From a virus (lineage: Duplodnaviria > Heunggongvirae > Uroviricota > Caudoviricetes): DNA of 33,007 bases. Under the pieces are notes generated by a model. That model saw only the letters and a program-made list of their open reading frames with translations, searched no databases and was not told the origin of the DNA. The stretch lies in the IMG/VR virus record IMGVR_UViG_2547132254_000003, positions 1 to 33,007 of that record; one strand, given 5' to 3'. Of the stretch, positions 7,547 to 16,440 are shown piece by piece (position 1 is the first letter of the stretch; every line of letters begins with the position of its first letter). Position numbers and translations under genes: made by a program.

Positions 7547-8509
7547 ATGAGCAGCAAGCTTCATGGTCTTGTCTGGGAAGGGTGCGCCTTCACCGGCATG
7601 ATCTTATCCAGGGTGGCGGTTATGGCCCGTCTTGCAGACTACAGCAATGACGAGGGCGTGTCATGGCCTGCCATTGAAACTATCCGGCGTCAGATCGGTG
7701 CAAGAAGTGAATCCACAGTGAAATCGGCTATTGCAGAACTGGCGAAAGAGGGCTGGCTGACGAAGGAAGAGCGTAAGGTCGGTGGGCGTAATGTAAGCAA
7801 TATCTATCGGCTTAATGTGGAAAAACTCGAAGCAGCTGCGGCGGCGGCGCGTGAGTCATATAAACCGAAAAGAAAAATTAGCCCGGCAAAAAATGACCCG
7901 TTAACAGTTGACCCGTCAAATATTGACCCCTCAACGGTTGACCCGTCAAATTTTGATGGATCAACTGTTGATAAAAAACTGCCGATTAGGGGGGCGATGA
8001 TTGACCCCGATCCGTCAGTATTAAAACCTGATCCGTCAGATAAAAGATCTTCTTGTCCGGACGCTTCGCAACCGGACCCGCAGACGGCTGAACAGGATTT
8101 TTTAACCCGACACCCTGACGCGGTTGTGTTCAGTGCGAAAAAACGCCAGTGGGGAAGTCAGGAAGATTTGGTGTGCGCACAGTGGATCTGGGGACGAATC
8201 GTGAGTCTTTACGAGCAGGCGGCCAGCTATGATGGCGAGATCACTAGACCGAAAGAACCCAACTGGACAGCATGGGCCAATGACGTTCGCACAATGCGGA
8301 TGCTGGATGGCAGAACTCACAGACAAATTTGTGAAATGTTTGGGCGTCTCCAGCGGGATTCGTTCTGGGTAAAAAACATCATGAGTCCGGCAAAACTCCG
8401 GGAAAAATGGGATGAACTGGTTATCCGCCTGGGGCGTTCGCCTGCGCAGCGTTGCGTGAATCACATTTCTGAACCGGACACTGAAATACCGCCGGGATTC
8501 AGGGGGTGA
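7547..8509 (+). CDS. Replication initiator (lambda O-like / YdaU-like), about 320 aa
   Basis: Position upstream of a DnaC-like loader; N-terminal HTH-like domain; contains an internal array of 15-bp iteron-like repeats encoding a D-P-S/T-rich linker, as the lambda origin lies inside O. ORF track starts at GTG 7532; ATG at 7547 used. Confidence 0.65.
   Translation: MSSKLHGLVWEGCAFTGMILSRVAVMARLADYSNDEGVSWPAIETIRRQIGARSESTVKSAIAELAKEGWLTKEERKVGGRNVSNIYRLNVEKLEAAAAAARESYKPKRKISPAKNDPLTVDPSNIDPSTVDPSNFDGSTVDKKLPIRGAMIDPDPSVLKPDPSDKRSSCPDASQPDPQTAEQDFLTRHPDAVVFSAKKRQWGSQEDLVCAQWIWGRIVSLYEQAASYDGEITRPKEPNWTAWANDVRTMRMLDGRTHRQICEMFGRLQRDSFWVKNIMSPAKLREKWDELVIRLGRSPAQRCVNHISEPDTEIPPGFRG
7893..7967. 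repeat. Iteron-like direct repeats (five units, 15-bp period), putative replication origin inside the initiator gene
   Basis: TGACCCGTTAACAG, TTGACCCGTCAA, TTGACCCCTCAA, TTGACCCGTCAA and TTGATGGATCAA start at 7893, 7908, 7923, 7938 and 7953; each unit has internal dyad symmetry; an AT-richer stretch follows. Confidence 0.55.
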
Positions 8510-8515
8510 CGTGTC

Positions 8516-9262
8516 ATGAAAAACATTGCGGCAGTTGGGGTTCTTGAACGTATTCGCAGACTTGCACCACAGGGGTCGGTTCCACCGTACCGGACGGTGG
8601 AGGAGTGGCGGGAATGGCAACTTGCTGAAGGACGAAAACGCAGCGAGGAGATTAACCGCCAGAATCGCCAGTTGCGGGTGGAAAAAATCCTGAATCGTTC
8701 GGGCATCCAGCCTCTGCACAGCAAATGCTCGTTTGCAAATTATCAGGTGCAGAACGACGGGCAAAAATACGCGCTGAGCCAGGCCAAATCCATAGCTGAC
8801 GAACTGATGACCGGGTGCACGAATTTTGTGTTCAGCGGTAAAACCGGCACCGGGAAAAATCACCTTGCAGCGGCGATGGGCAACCGGCTGATGGTGAAGG
8901 GGCGCAGCGTGATTATCGTCACCGTGTCTGACGTCATGAGCGTGTTGCATGACAGCTACGACAACGGCAAATCCGGGGAAAAATTTTTACAGGAGCTTTG
9001 CGGGGTTGATTTGCTGGTCCTGGATGAAATAGGCGTTCAGCGGGAGACGAAAAACGAGCAGGTGGTATTGCACCAGATAATTGATCGCCGGACAGCATCA
9101 CTGTGCAGTGTCGGGATGTTAACAAACCTGAATCATGCCGCAATGAGTACGCTTCTTGGTGAGAGGATTATGGACCGCATGACCATGAACGGTGGTCGAT
9201 GGGTGACGTTTAACTGGGATAGCTGGCGTCCAAATGTCAGCAATATGAGGGTTGTGAAGTAA
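8516..9262 (+). CDS. DnaC-like helicase loader (IstB-type AAA+ ATPase; YdaV-like), 248 aa
   Basis: Walker A FSGKTGTGKNHLAAAMG and Walker B LLVLDEIG; position after the initiator; same length as Rac YdaV. Confidence 0.85.
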   Translation: MKNIAAVGVLERIRRLAPQGSVPPYRTVEEWREWQLAEGRKRSEEINRQNRQLRVEKILNRSGIQPLHSKCSFANYQVQNDGQKYALSQAKSIADELMTGCTNFVFSGKTGTGKNHLAAAMGNRLMVKGRSVIIVTVSDVMSVLHDSYDNGKSGEKFLQELCGVDLLVLDEIGVQRETKNEQVVLHQIIDRRTASLCSVGMLTNLNHAAMSTLLGERIMDRMTMNGGRWVTFNWDSWRPNVSNMRVVK

Positions 9263-9283
9263 TTTTGTCCGGAGGAAATTTTA

Positions 9284-10054
9284 ATGGAAACCGTATCTGA
9301 CGCACTGAAAGCACTGAAAAAAGCCTCTTCACATGTGGTGGCAGCTCGCCTTGGAATCAGTCGTGAAGAGGCTGTCAACGAGCTGTGGGAACTCAAAAGA
9401 AAAGGCGTCGTTGATAAAACTGGTCACACCTGGTTTCTGGCTGGCGAAGGTGAATCCCGGGTAACCGAAGAGCGGCCAGTAAAATCTGAAGCACAGGATA
9501 TGCTGACCGGGGAGGTCGAACAAAAAGTTACCGCAGACATGATGATTGAGTTTATCGGTCAGGATGGGGCTAAAACGTGTGAGGAACTGGCGGGTAAGTT
9601 CGGTGTCAGTACTCGCAAGGTTGCTTCCACGCTGGCGGTGGTAACCGCAACGGGGCGGCTGGCACGCGTTAATCAGAACGGTAAATTTCGTTACTGCATG
9701 CCGGGCGATAATTTACCAGCAGAGCCGAAAGCCGCGCTGGTAACGGAAAGTGATGGTAAGGCCTTTCCTCAGCCAGCAGGTGCTGCGTTACCAGTCCGGG
9801 AAGCCGCAACACAGGAAGAAATTAAAACAGAAACTGTGGCGGACATTGTGCAGCCGTTGCCATCGTTTACCGAAACGCAAGCAGATGAGCTGATTTTTCC
9901 GTCCCTTCGCAGGGCAAACCTGGCGCTGCGCAGGGCGAAAAGTGATGTTCAGAAGTGGGAGCGAGTCTGCGCCGCGCTGCGGGAGCTGAACAAGCACCGG
10001 GATATTGTTCGACAGATTACTGATTCTTCCCGCCGTGTTGTATCGGAAAAGTGA
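9284..10054 (+). CDS. Hypothetical phage protein, 256 aa
   Basis: ATG with GGAGGA upstream; no motif recognised. Confidence 0.5.
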   Translation: METVSDALKALKKASSHVVAARLGISREEAVNELWELKRKGVVDKTGHTWFLAGEGESRVTEERPVKSEAQDMLTGEVEQKVTADMMIEFIGQDGAKTCEELAGKFGVSTRKVASTLAVVTATGRLARVNQNGKFRYCMPGDNLPAEPKAALVTESDGKAFPQPAGAALPVREAATQEEIKTETVADIVQPLPSFTETQADELIFPSLRRANLALRRAKSDVQKWERVCAALRELNKHRDIVRQITDSSRRVVSEK

Positions 10055-10069
10055 TTGCCGGAGGCGCTT

Positions 10070-10495
10070 ATGGCAAAAGTATTTACACAAGAAGAGCGGG
10101 AAAAAATTAAAGGGCAGGTTGTTGAACTTGTACGTCTGAGCGGTCGCGAGACGTTGCGGCAACTGGAAGCCAGGACAGGTGCGACAAGATATCTGATGAG
10201 TGTTCTCGCCAGAGAGCTGGTTGCCAGTGGCGATGTATACAACTCTGGTTACGGGTTATTCCCGTCTGAACAGGCGCGTAAGGACTGGCAAAATGCTCGC
10301 AAAAAACTCTCAAGGGCAAAGGTGAAGAAACCTGCAGTGGTTGATCCGGACCTTATCTGGTCGTTACCAGACGGCGAAATACGCCGCTACGACAGGCGCC
10401 TGAATATAATCTGTCGCGAGTGCCGGAAGAGCGAAGCTATGCAGCGTGTACTGGCATTTTATCAAGGAAATGTTAGGTATTTTAGACGTTACTAG
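10070..10495 (+). CDS. Hypothetical phage protein, about 141 aa
   Basis: ATG at 10070 with GGAGG upstream (ORF track begins at 10055); cysteine pair CRECRK near the C-terminus. Confidence 0.5.
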   Translation: MAKVFTQEEREKIKGQVVELVRLSGRETLRQLEARTGATRYLMSVLARELVASGDVYNSGYGLFPSEQARKDWQNARKKLSRAKVKKPAVVDPDLIWSLPDGEIRRYDRRLNIICRECRKSEAMQRVLAFYQGNVRYFRRY

Positions 10496-10648
10496 ATTAA
10501 AGAGCATTAGTTCAGATGTGAATTGACATTTTCATGGCGCAGGGTAGAGCCAGCGTGGTTGTCCGCTTTGCGTCAAAACCAGATATTACCAGATTTAGAC
10601 ATATATTCCCGATAGACCTGCTCTGATGCTACACTCTGTGCTATTTTC

Positions 10649-11335
10649 ATGACCCCAATAAAAATATTTATGACTATTGCTGATTTCAAACGGCCTAAAT
10701 TGGAGCTCCCAAACGGGGCAAACAAACTACTACTGCACTCTTGCTGTGCTCCATGTTCCGGTGAAGTGATGGAGGCGCTTCAGGCCTCGGGAATCGACTA
10801 CACCATCTTTTTCTACAACCCGAACATTCATCCTCAGAAAGAGTATTTAATTCGTAAGGATGAAAATATTCGCTTTGCTGAACAACACGGCGTGCCGTTT
10901 ATCGATGCTGATTACGACACCGACAACTGGTTTGAACGTGCCAAAGGAATGGAATGGGAGCCTGAGAGGGGGATCCGTTGTACCATGTGTTTTGACATGC
11001 GTTTTGAGCGGACAGCGTTGTACGCTGCTGAAAATGGTTTCAGTGTGATCAGCAGTTCACTGGGCATTTCACGCTGGAAAAATATGCAGCAGGTTAACGA
11101 GTGTGGGCGGCGAGCTGTTGCGCATTATCCGGGTATGGTGTACTGGGATTATAACTGGCGCAAGCAGGGCGGCTCGTCCCGTATGATTGAAATCAGCAAG
11201 CGCGAAAAATTCTATCAGCAGGAATATTGTGGCTGTGTGTATTCTCTGCGCGATACCAATCTACACCGCAAATCTCAGGGACGCCCTCTTATCAAAATTG
11301 GCCAACTCCACTACGGAAAAGAAGAGAAGGAGTGA
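10649..11335 (+). CDS. DUF208/QueH-like protein (epoxyqueuosine reductase-like), 228 aa
   Basis: N-terminal [11 protein letters not shown] cysteine motif and further conserved cysteines (CTMC, CGC) recalled from the QueH family; candidate promoter TTGACA ... TACACT in the upstream intergenic region, so it looks like a moron. Confidence 0.5.
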   Translation: MTPIKIFMTIADFKRPKLELPNGANKLLLHSCCAPCSGEVMEALQASGIDYTIFFYNPNIHPQKEYLIRKDENIRFAEQHGVPFIDADYDTDNWFERAKGMEWEPERGIRCTMCFDMRFERTALYAAENGFSVISSSLGISRWKNMQQVNECGRRAVAHYPGMVYWDYNWRKQGGSSRMIEISKREKFYQQEYCGCVYSLRDTNLHRKSQGRPLIKIGQLHYGKEEKE

Positions 11336-11514
11336 TTTTATGGATCACCTTTCTGATTGATTTTATATTGGCGAGGTAACGGGAGTTAAGTAGAATGGCT
11401 GCGGGTGCTTGAGGCTATCTGTCTCAGGCATGAACACCAAAGGCAGATAGAGAAAAGCCCCAGTTAACATTACGCGTCCTGCAAGACGCTTAACATTAAT
11501 CTGAGGCTCAATCT

Positions 11515-11727
11515 ATGAACGGCAAATCTAGGTTAGCCTCTTACGTGCCGAAAGGCAAGGAGAAGCAGGCTATGAAGCAGCAAAAGGCGATGTTAATCGC
11601 CCTGATCGTCATCTGTTTAACCGTCATTGTGACGGCACTGGTAACGAGGAAAGACCTCTGCGAGGTACGAATCCGAACCGGCCAGACGGAGGTCGCTGTC
11701 TTCACAGCTTACGAACCTGAGGAGTAA
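11515..11727 (+). CDS. mok: Mok-like in-frame leader ORF overlapping hok, 70 aa
   Basis: In-frame upstream extension of the Hok ORF with GAGG upstream, analogous to chromosomal mokC/hokC organisation. Confidence 0.45.
   Translation: MNGKSRLASYVPKGKEKQAMKQQKAMLIALIVICLTVIVTALVTRKDLCEVRIRTGQTEVAVFTAYEPEE
11572..11727 (+). CDS. hok: Hok/Gef-family type I toxin, 51 aa
   Basis: MKQQKAMLIALIVICLTVIVTALVTRKDLCEVRIRTGQTEVAVFTAYEPEE: single TM helix plus the conserved RKDLCEV-IRTGQTEVAVFTAYE core of Hok/Gef; AAGGAG upstream of the ATG. Confidence 0.8.
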   Translation: MKQQKAMLIALIVICLTVIVTALVTRKDLCEVRIRTGQTEVAVFTAYEPEE

Positions 11728-11790
11728 GAGACCTGGCGGGGGAGAAATCCCTCGCCACCTCTGATGTGTCAGGCATCCTCAACGCACCCG

Positions 11791-11799
11791 CACTTAACC
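11791..11799. repeat. Left copy of the 9-bp target site duplication (CACTTAACC) of IS10
   Basis: Identical 9-mer immediately flanks both ends of the IS10 element. Confidence 0.8.
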
Positions 11800-13128
11800 C
11801 TGATGAATCCCCTAATGATTTTTATCAAAATCATTAAGTTAAGGTAGATACACATCTTGTCATATGATCAAATGGTTTCGCCAAAAATCAATAATCAGAC
11901 AACAAAATGTGCGAACTCGATATTTTACACGACTCTCTTTACCAATTCTGCCCCGAATTACACTTAAAACGACTCAACTGCTTAACGTTGGCTTGCCACG
12001 CCTTACTTGACTGTAAAACTCTCACTCTTACCGAACTTGGCCGTAACCTGCCAACCAAAGCGAGAACAAAACATAACATCAAACGAATCGACCGATTGTT
12101 AGGTAATCGTCACCTCCACAAAGAGCGACTCGCTGTATACCGTTGGCATGCTAGCTTTATCTGTTCGGGCAATACGATGCCCATTGTACTTGTTGACTGG
12201 TCTGATATCCGTGAGCAAAAACGGCTTATGGTATTGCGAGCTTCAGTCGCACTACACGGTCGTTCTGTTACTCTTTATGAGAAAGCGTTCCCGCTTTCAG
12301 AGCAATGTTCAAAGAAAGCTCATGACCAATTTCTAGCCGACCTTGCGAGCATTCTACCGAGTAACACCACACCGCTCATTGTCAGTGATGCTGGCTTTAA
12401 AGTGCCATGGTATAAATCCGTTGAGAAGCTGGGTTGGTACTGGTTAAGTCGAGTAAGAGGAAAAGTACAATATGCAGACCTAGGAGCGGAAAACTGGAAA
12501 CCTATCAGCAACTTACATGATATGTCATCTAGTCACTCAAAGACTTTAGGCTATAAGAGGCTGACTAAAAGCAATCCAATCTCATGCCAAATTCTATTGT
12601 ATAAATCTCGCTCTAAAGGCCGAAAAAATCAGCGCTCGACACGGACTCATTGTCACCACCCGTCACCTAAAATCTACTCAGCGTCGGCAAAGGAGCCATG
12701 GATTCTAGCAACTAACTTACCTGTTGAAATTCGAACACCCAAACAACTTGTTAATATCTATTCGAAGCGAATGCAGATTGAAGAAACCTTCCGAGACTTG
12801 AAAAGTCCTGCCTACGGACTAGGCCTACGCCATAGCCGAACGAGCAGCTCAGAGCGTTTTGATATCATGCTGCTAATCGCCCTGATGCTTCAACTAACAT
12901 GTTGGCTTGCGGGCGTTCATGCTCAGAAACAAGGTTGGGACAAGCACTTCCAGGCTAACACAGTCAGAAATCGAAACGTACTCTCAACAGTTCGCTTAGG
13001 CATGGAAGTTTTGCGGCATTCTGGCTACACAATAACAAGGGAAGACTCACTCGTGGCTGCAACCCTGCTTACTCAAAATCTATTCACACATGGTTACGTT
13101 TTGGGGAAATTATGAGGGGATCTCTCAG
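11800..13128 (+). mobile_element. IS10 (IS4 family), 1329 bp, intact, with terminal inverted repeats
   Basis: Left end CTGATGAATCCCCTAATGATTTT (IS10 outside end), right end reverse complement CTGAGAGATCCCCTCATAATTTCCCC (inside end); length 1329 bp; flanked by a perfect 9-bp direct repeat. Confidence 0.9.
11907..13115 (+). CDS. IS10 transposase, 402 aa
   Basis: Full-length ORF, MCELDILHDSLYQFCPELHLKRLN... matching my recollection of IS10/Tn10 transposase almost residue for residue; no frameshift or stop. Confidence 0.9.
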   Translation: MCELDILHDSLYQFCPELHLKRLNCLTLACHALLDCKTLTLTELGRNLPTKARTKHNIKRIDRLLGNRHLHKERLAVYRWHASFICSGNTMPIVLVDWSDIREQKRLMVLRASVALHGRSVTLYEKAFPLSEQCSKKAHDQFLADLASILPSNTTPLIVSDAGFKVPWYKSVEKLGWYWLSRVRGKVQYADLGAENWKPISNLHDMSSSHSKTLGYKRLTKSNPISCQILLYKSRSKGRKNQRSTRTHCHHPSPKIYSASAKEPWILATNLPVEIRTPKQLVNIYSKRMQIEETFRDLKSPAYGLGLRHSRTSSSERFDIMLLIALMLQLTCWLAGVHAQKQGWDKHFQANTVRNRNVLSTVRLGMEVLRHSGYTITREDSLVAATLLTQNLFTHGYVLGKL

Positions 13129-13137
13129 CACTTAACC
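13129..13137. repeat. Right copy of the 9-bp target site duplication (CACTTAACC) of IS10
   Basis: Identical to 11791-11799. Confidence 0.8.
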
Positions 13138-13208
13138 CGCTTCGGCGTTTTTTCCGTTGATTAACTCTAGTTATTAGAGAACCGAACTTTTATTGATGGG
13201 GCAGGGAG

Positions 13209-13601
13209 ATGAAGAAACTTGTTTTAGTCGCAGGTGTAATGATTGCAACAGTAATGTTGGGAGGGTGTGCAGCAAAGATCGATCCAGCGTTGAAAGCAGA
13301 AGCAATGAAGCCACTAACATGTAATGATGAAAAGCAATGTGACTTTTATTGGAAACGAGCGCAATTCTGGTTGGCTAATAATTCCTCATGGAAAATTCAA
13401 ACGGCGACAGACACGCTAATTTCCACTTATAATCCCTCTCCAAATAGTCCATTCCTCGCTTATCAAGTGAGTAAAATGCCAAATGAAGATGGATCCTCAA
13501 GAATTTTCATCAAGCCTTTTTGCGATAATATGTTTGGCTGTCAACCAAACCCCTATCAGGCAGTTGTTTCCTTTAAAAACTTCGTTAAAACAGGGCAGTA
13601 G
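13209..13601 (+). CDS. Predicted lipoprotein, 130 aa, unknown function (moron)
   Basis: Signal peptide with lipobox LGGC; two extra cysteine pairs (CNDEKQC and CDNMFGC) suggesting periplasmic disulfides; GGGAG upstream; own terminator downstream; AT-rich surroundings. Confidence 0.6.
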   Translation: MKKLVLVAGVMIATVMLGGCAAKIDPALKAEAMKPLTCNDEKQCDFYWKRAQFWLANNSSWKIQTATDTLISTYNPSPNSPFLAYQVSKMPNEDGSSRIFIKPFCDNMFGCQPNPYQAVVSFKNFVKTGQ

Positions 13602-13800
13602 TGTATAGCTTGGACGATAAATTATTAGTGAAAACGCCGTAAACCCTCACCCAATGTGGACTAAGTCTATCAAACATGACTGTGATGATTAGTCCGTAGT
13701 TGTTGTCTATGAAATCTGGATTGAGTCAGGGTTTAATCCAATAATTATTCTATCGTTCCTTTACAAGTCCGGTATATTACTTTCAGTTTGTTTTAGCATA

Positions 13801-13824
13801 CCCGCTTCGGCGGGTTTTGTTTTT
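13801..13824 (+). terminator. Rho-independent terminator (CCCGC-TTCG-GCGGG plus T-run)
   Basis: Perfect 5-bp GC stem with UUCG tetraloop followed by TTTTGTTTTT. Confidence 0.6.
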
Positions 13825-13896
13825 CCTGGCATTCTGGTTTACAATTCGCACGCCAGCCTGAACAACTGGCACCTGCTGCGCCAGCAGAGACAACCG

Positions 13897-14175
13897 ATGG
13901 CGCACGATACCAAATTACACAATTCTGATGATTCTGCCGTCTTTGCCAGCAGGCACGGGCGGCGTTCCCGCACTTTCAAATCTGACTGGTTCCAGCATGA
14001 CCCATGTACTGAAGAACAGGCCGAATGGCTAATTCATAACTATCGCAGACGCGGATACGAGATTAAGAAAGCCCTCAGCCTCGATTATCGTCACTGGATA
14101 ATCTATGTCAGGCTCCCTTATTCCGAACGCCCACCGCGCCCATCCCGCACATACCAGCAACGGATCTGGAGGTAA
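13897..14175 (+). CDS. Hypothetical protein, about 92 aa, translationally coupled to the downstream DUF968 gene
   Basis: Its TAA stop abuts a GTG start preceded by GGAGG. Start codon uncertain. Confidence 0.4.
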   Translation: MAHDTKLHNSDDSAVFASRHGRRSRTFKSDWFQHDPCTEEQAEWLIHNYRRRGYEIKKALSLDYRHWIIYVRLPYSERPPRPSRTYQQRIWR

Positions 14176-14176
14176 C

Positions 14177-15226
14177 GTGCGGATATTACTTCGACCTGTT
14201 CTGGTACCGGAACTCGGGCTGGTGGTCCTTAGGCCGGGCCGTGAATCCATGCAAGTATTTCATAACCCTCGAGTGCTGGTGGAGCCTGAACCGAAAAGCA
14301 TGCGCGGTCTGCCGTCCGGAGTCGTCCCTGCCGTTCGCCAGCCGCTGGCGGAGGATAAATCATTACTGCCATTTTTCAGCGATGAGCGGGTGATTCGTGC
14401 TGCTGGCGGCGCTGGGGCGCTGTCTGACTGGCTGTTGCGTCATGTCAAATCCTGCCAGTGGCCTCATGGTGACTATCATCACAGTGAAATCGTCATACAT
14501 CGTTACGGTACCAGCGCGATGGTGTTGTGCTGGCACTGCGACAACCAGTTGCGTGACCAGACATCCGAATCACTCGGGCAACTTGCTCATCAAAACCTGT
14601 CAGCATGGATGATTGACGTCATACGCCATGCAATGAATGGCACGCAGGAGCGGGAATTGTCGCTGGCTGAATTATCTTGGTGGGCGGTCTGCAATCAGGT
14701 GGCGGACGCGCTTCCGGAGGCAGTATTACGTCGTTCTCTGGGGGTACGTGCGGAAAAAATCCGCTCCTTGTACCGCGAAAGCGACATCGTACCGGGAGAG
14801 CAGACCGCCACCAGCATACTGAAGCAGCGCACAAAAAATCTTGCGCCGTTGCCTCATGCCCACCAGCAACAGAACCCACCACAGGAAAAGACGGTGGTAT
14901 GCATCACCGTTGATCCGGAGTCTCCGGAATCTTTCATGAGGCGACCTAAACGTCGCCGTTGGCTAAATGAGAAATATACGCGCTGGGTGAAGACACAGCC
15001 GTGTGCGTGTTGTGGTCAGCCAGCCGACGATCCCCATCACCTGATTGGTCACGGTCAGGGAGGGATGGGAACAAAGGCCCACGATATTTTCACGCTACCG
15101 TTGTGCCGGGAACATCACAACGAACTTCATGCGGATCCGCTGGCGTTCGAAGAAAAGCATGGTTCCCAGGTTGATTTAATTTTTCGTTTTCTTGATCACG
15201 CCTTTGCAACCGGCGTGCTCGGGTAA
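14177..15226 (+). CDS. DUF968-like protein (YdfU-like), about 349 aa, with a C-terminal Cys/His-rich nuclease-like motif
   Basis: C-terminal CACCGQ...HHLIGHGQGG...CREHHNELH motif; GTG start with GGAGG upstream; length equals that recalled for K-12 YdfU; lies upstream of rusA. Confidence 0.5.
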   Translation: MRILLRPVLVPELGLVVLRPGRESMQVFHNPRVLVEPEPKSMRGLPSGVVPAVRQPLAEDKSLLPFFSDERVIRAAGGAGALSDWLLRHVKSCQWPHGDYHHSEIVIHRYGTSAMVLCWHCDNQLRDQTSESLGQLAHQNLSAWMIDVIRHAMNGTQERELSLAELSWWAVCNQVADALPEAVLRRSLGVRAEKIRSLYRESDIVPGEQTATSILKQRTKNLAPLPHAHQQQNPPQEKTVVCITVDPESPESFMRRPKRRRWLNEKYTRWVKTQPCACCGQPADDPHHLIGHGQGGMGTKAHDIFTLPLCREHHNELHADPLAFEEKHGSQVDLIFRFLDHAFATGVLG

Positions 15227-15238
15227 AAGAGGTTACTG

Positions 15239-15598
15239 ATGCGTATAGAGTTTGTTTTGCCTTATCCGCCGACGGTGAATACTTACTGGCGACGTCGTGG
15301 CAACACATATTTTGTATCAAAAGTCGGTGAGCGTTATCGCCGTGATGTGGCACTAATTGTTCGCCAGCAGCGGTTGAAATTAAACCTGTCCGGAAGGCTG
15401 GCAATAAAAATTATTGCAGAGCCACCGGATAAGCGCCGCCGCGACCTGGACAATATCCTGAAGGCACCACTGGATGCGCTGACGCATGCCGGACTTCTCA
15501 TAGACGACGAGCAGTTTGATGAAATCAATATTGTGCGCGGACTGCCTGTTCCTGGTGGTCGGCTGGGGATAAAAATCACAGAACTGGAGTGCGCATGA
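15239..15598 (+). CDS. rusA: RusA Holliday junction resolvase, 119 aa
   Basis: Conserved RRDLDN and GGRL motifs and overall similarity to E. coli RusA; AAGAGG upstream. Confidence 0.8.
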   Translation: MRIEFVLPYPPTVNTYWRRRGNTYFVSKVGERYRRDVALIVRQQRLKLNLSGRLAIKIIAEPPDKRRRDLDNILKAPLDALTHAGLLIDDEQFDEINIVRGLPVPGGRLGIKITELECA

Positions 15599-16284
15599 AT
15601 AACCAGTATTTACAGTTTGTGCGTGAGCAGCTCATTATCGCTACCGCTGATTTGAGTGGGGCAACAAAAGGTCAGCTTGAAGCCTGGCAGGAGAATGCCA
15701 TGTTTGATACAGGGCGTTACAGGCGTAAAAAAATCCGGTACCGCGATGAAGTGACTGGAAGAATGATAACGCGGGATAGTCCACCGATACCGGGAAAACA
15801 ATCACTGGCGAAAGGCTCATCAATTGCTCTGGTAAGTCAGGTTGAGTTTTCGACATCATCATGGCGACGGGCAGTTCTGTCTCTTGAAGAACATCATAAA
15901 GCCTGGTTGTTGTGGTGTTACAGCGGGAGTATTTGTTGGGAATATCAGATCGCGATAACACAGTGGGCGTGGAATGAATTTAATACTCAATCCGGTACCA
16001 GAAAAATTGCAGGGAAAACGCAGGAACGCCTGAAAAAATTAATCTGGCTGGCGGCGCAGGCATTAAAAGCAGAACTTTTTGGTGGGGAAGGTTATGAATA
16101 CCAGGAGCTGGCATTACTGGCGGGAGTGACAACTAAAAACTGGTCCAAAACATTTACTCGTCACTGGGTTGCAATGAAACACATTTTTCACCGACTTGAT
16201 AGTGAGGCTTTATTGTTTGTAATGAGAACACGTTCAAAACAAAAGGCGGCATTTTCAAAGCAAAGTGTTGCAAAAGTAGATTGA
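15595..16284 (+). CDS. Putative late-gene antiterminator Q, about 229 aa
   Basis: ATG overlaps the rusA stop (ATGA); followed by a promoter/terminator region and the lysis genes. Called by position; no motif recognised. Confidence 0.5.
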   Translation: MNNQYLQFVREQLIIATADLSGATKGQLEAWQENAMFDTGRYRRKKIRYRDEVTGRMITRDSPPIPGKQSLAKGSSIALVSQVEFSTSSWRRAVLSLEEHHKAWLLWCYSGSICWEYQIAITQWAWNEFNTQSGTRKIAGKTQERLKKLIWLAAQALKAELFGGEGYEYQELALLAGVTTKNWSKTFTRHWVAMKHIFHRLDSEALLFVMRTRSKQKAAFSKQSVAKVD

Positions 16285-16350
16285 AAGGCATATATTTCAT
16301 GCAAATCTGATATTTTGCCGATTTTGTACGTGATGGCAAAAGCAAACAAA

Positions 16351-16374
16351 ACCCGCCCACAAGCGGGTTTTTTG
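16351..16374 (+). terminator. Rho-independent terminator downstream of Q (tR'-like)
   Basis: ACCCGC-CCACAA-GCGGGT followed by TTTTTT; position matches lambda tR' after the late promoter. Confidence 0.6.
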
Positions 16375-16440
16375 TGCCACTTATCTCGGATAGACATGGT
16401 GAATGCGCTGGTGGAGGAGATAAGGGTGATTTTTGAATGC

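Noticed and set aside
7893-7967. Possible CRISPR array
   Set aside because: The repeats are 15-bp iterons lying inside a coding sequence with no variable spacers of CRISPR size. No CRISPR array was seen anywhere in the window.
8102-8950. 282-aa ORF on the - strand across the initiator and DnaC-like genes
   Set aside because: Antisense to two well-supported genes; His/Arg/Pro-rich composition typical of an antisense read-through in GC-rich coding DNA; no ribosome-binding site.
14397-14913. Short ORFs on both strands inside the DUF968 gene
   Set aside because: Embedded in a GC-rich coding region; the long + frame has the nuclease-like motif.
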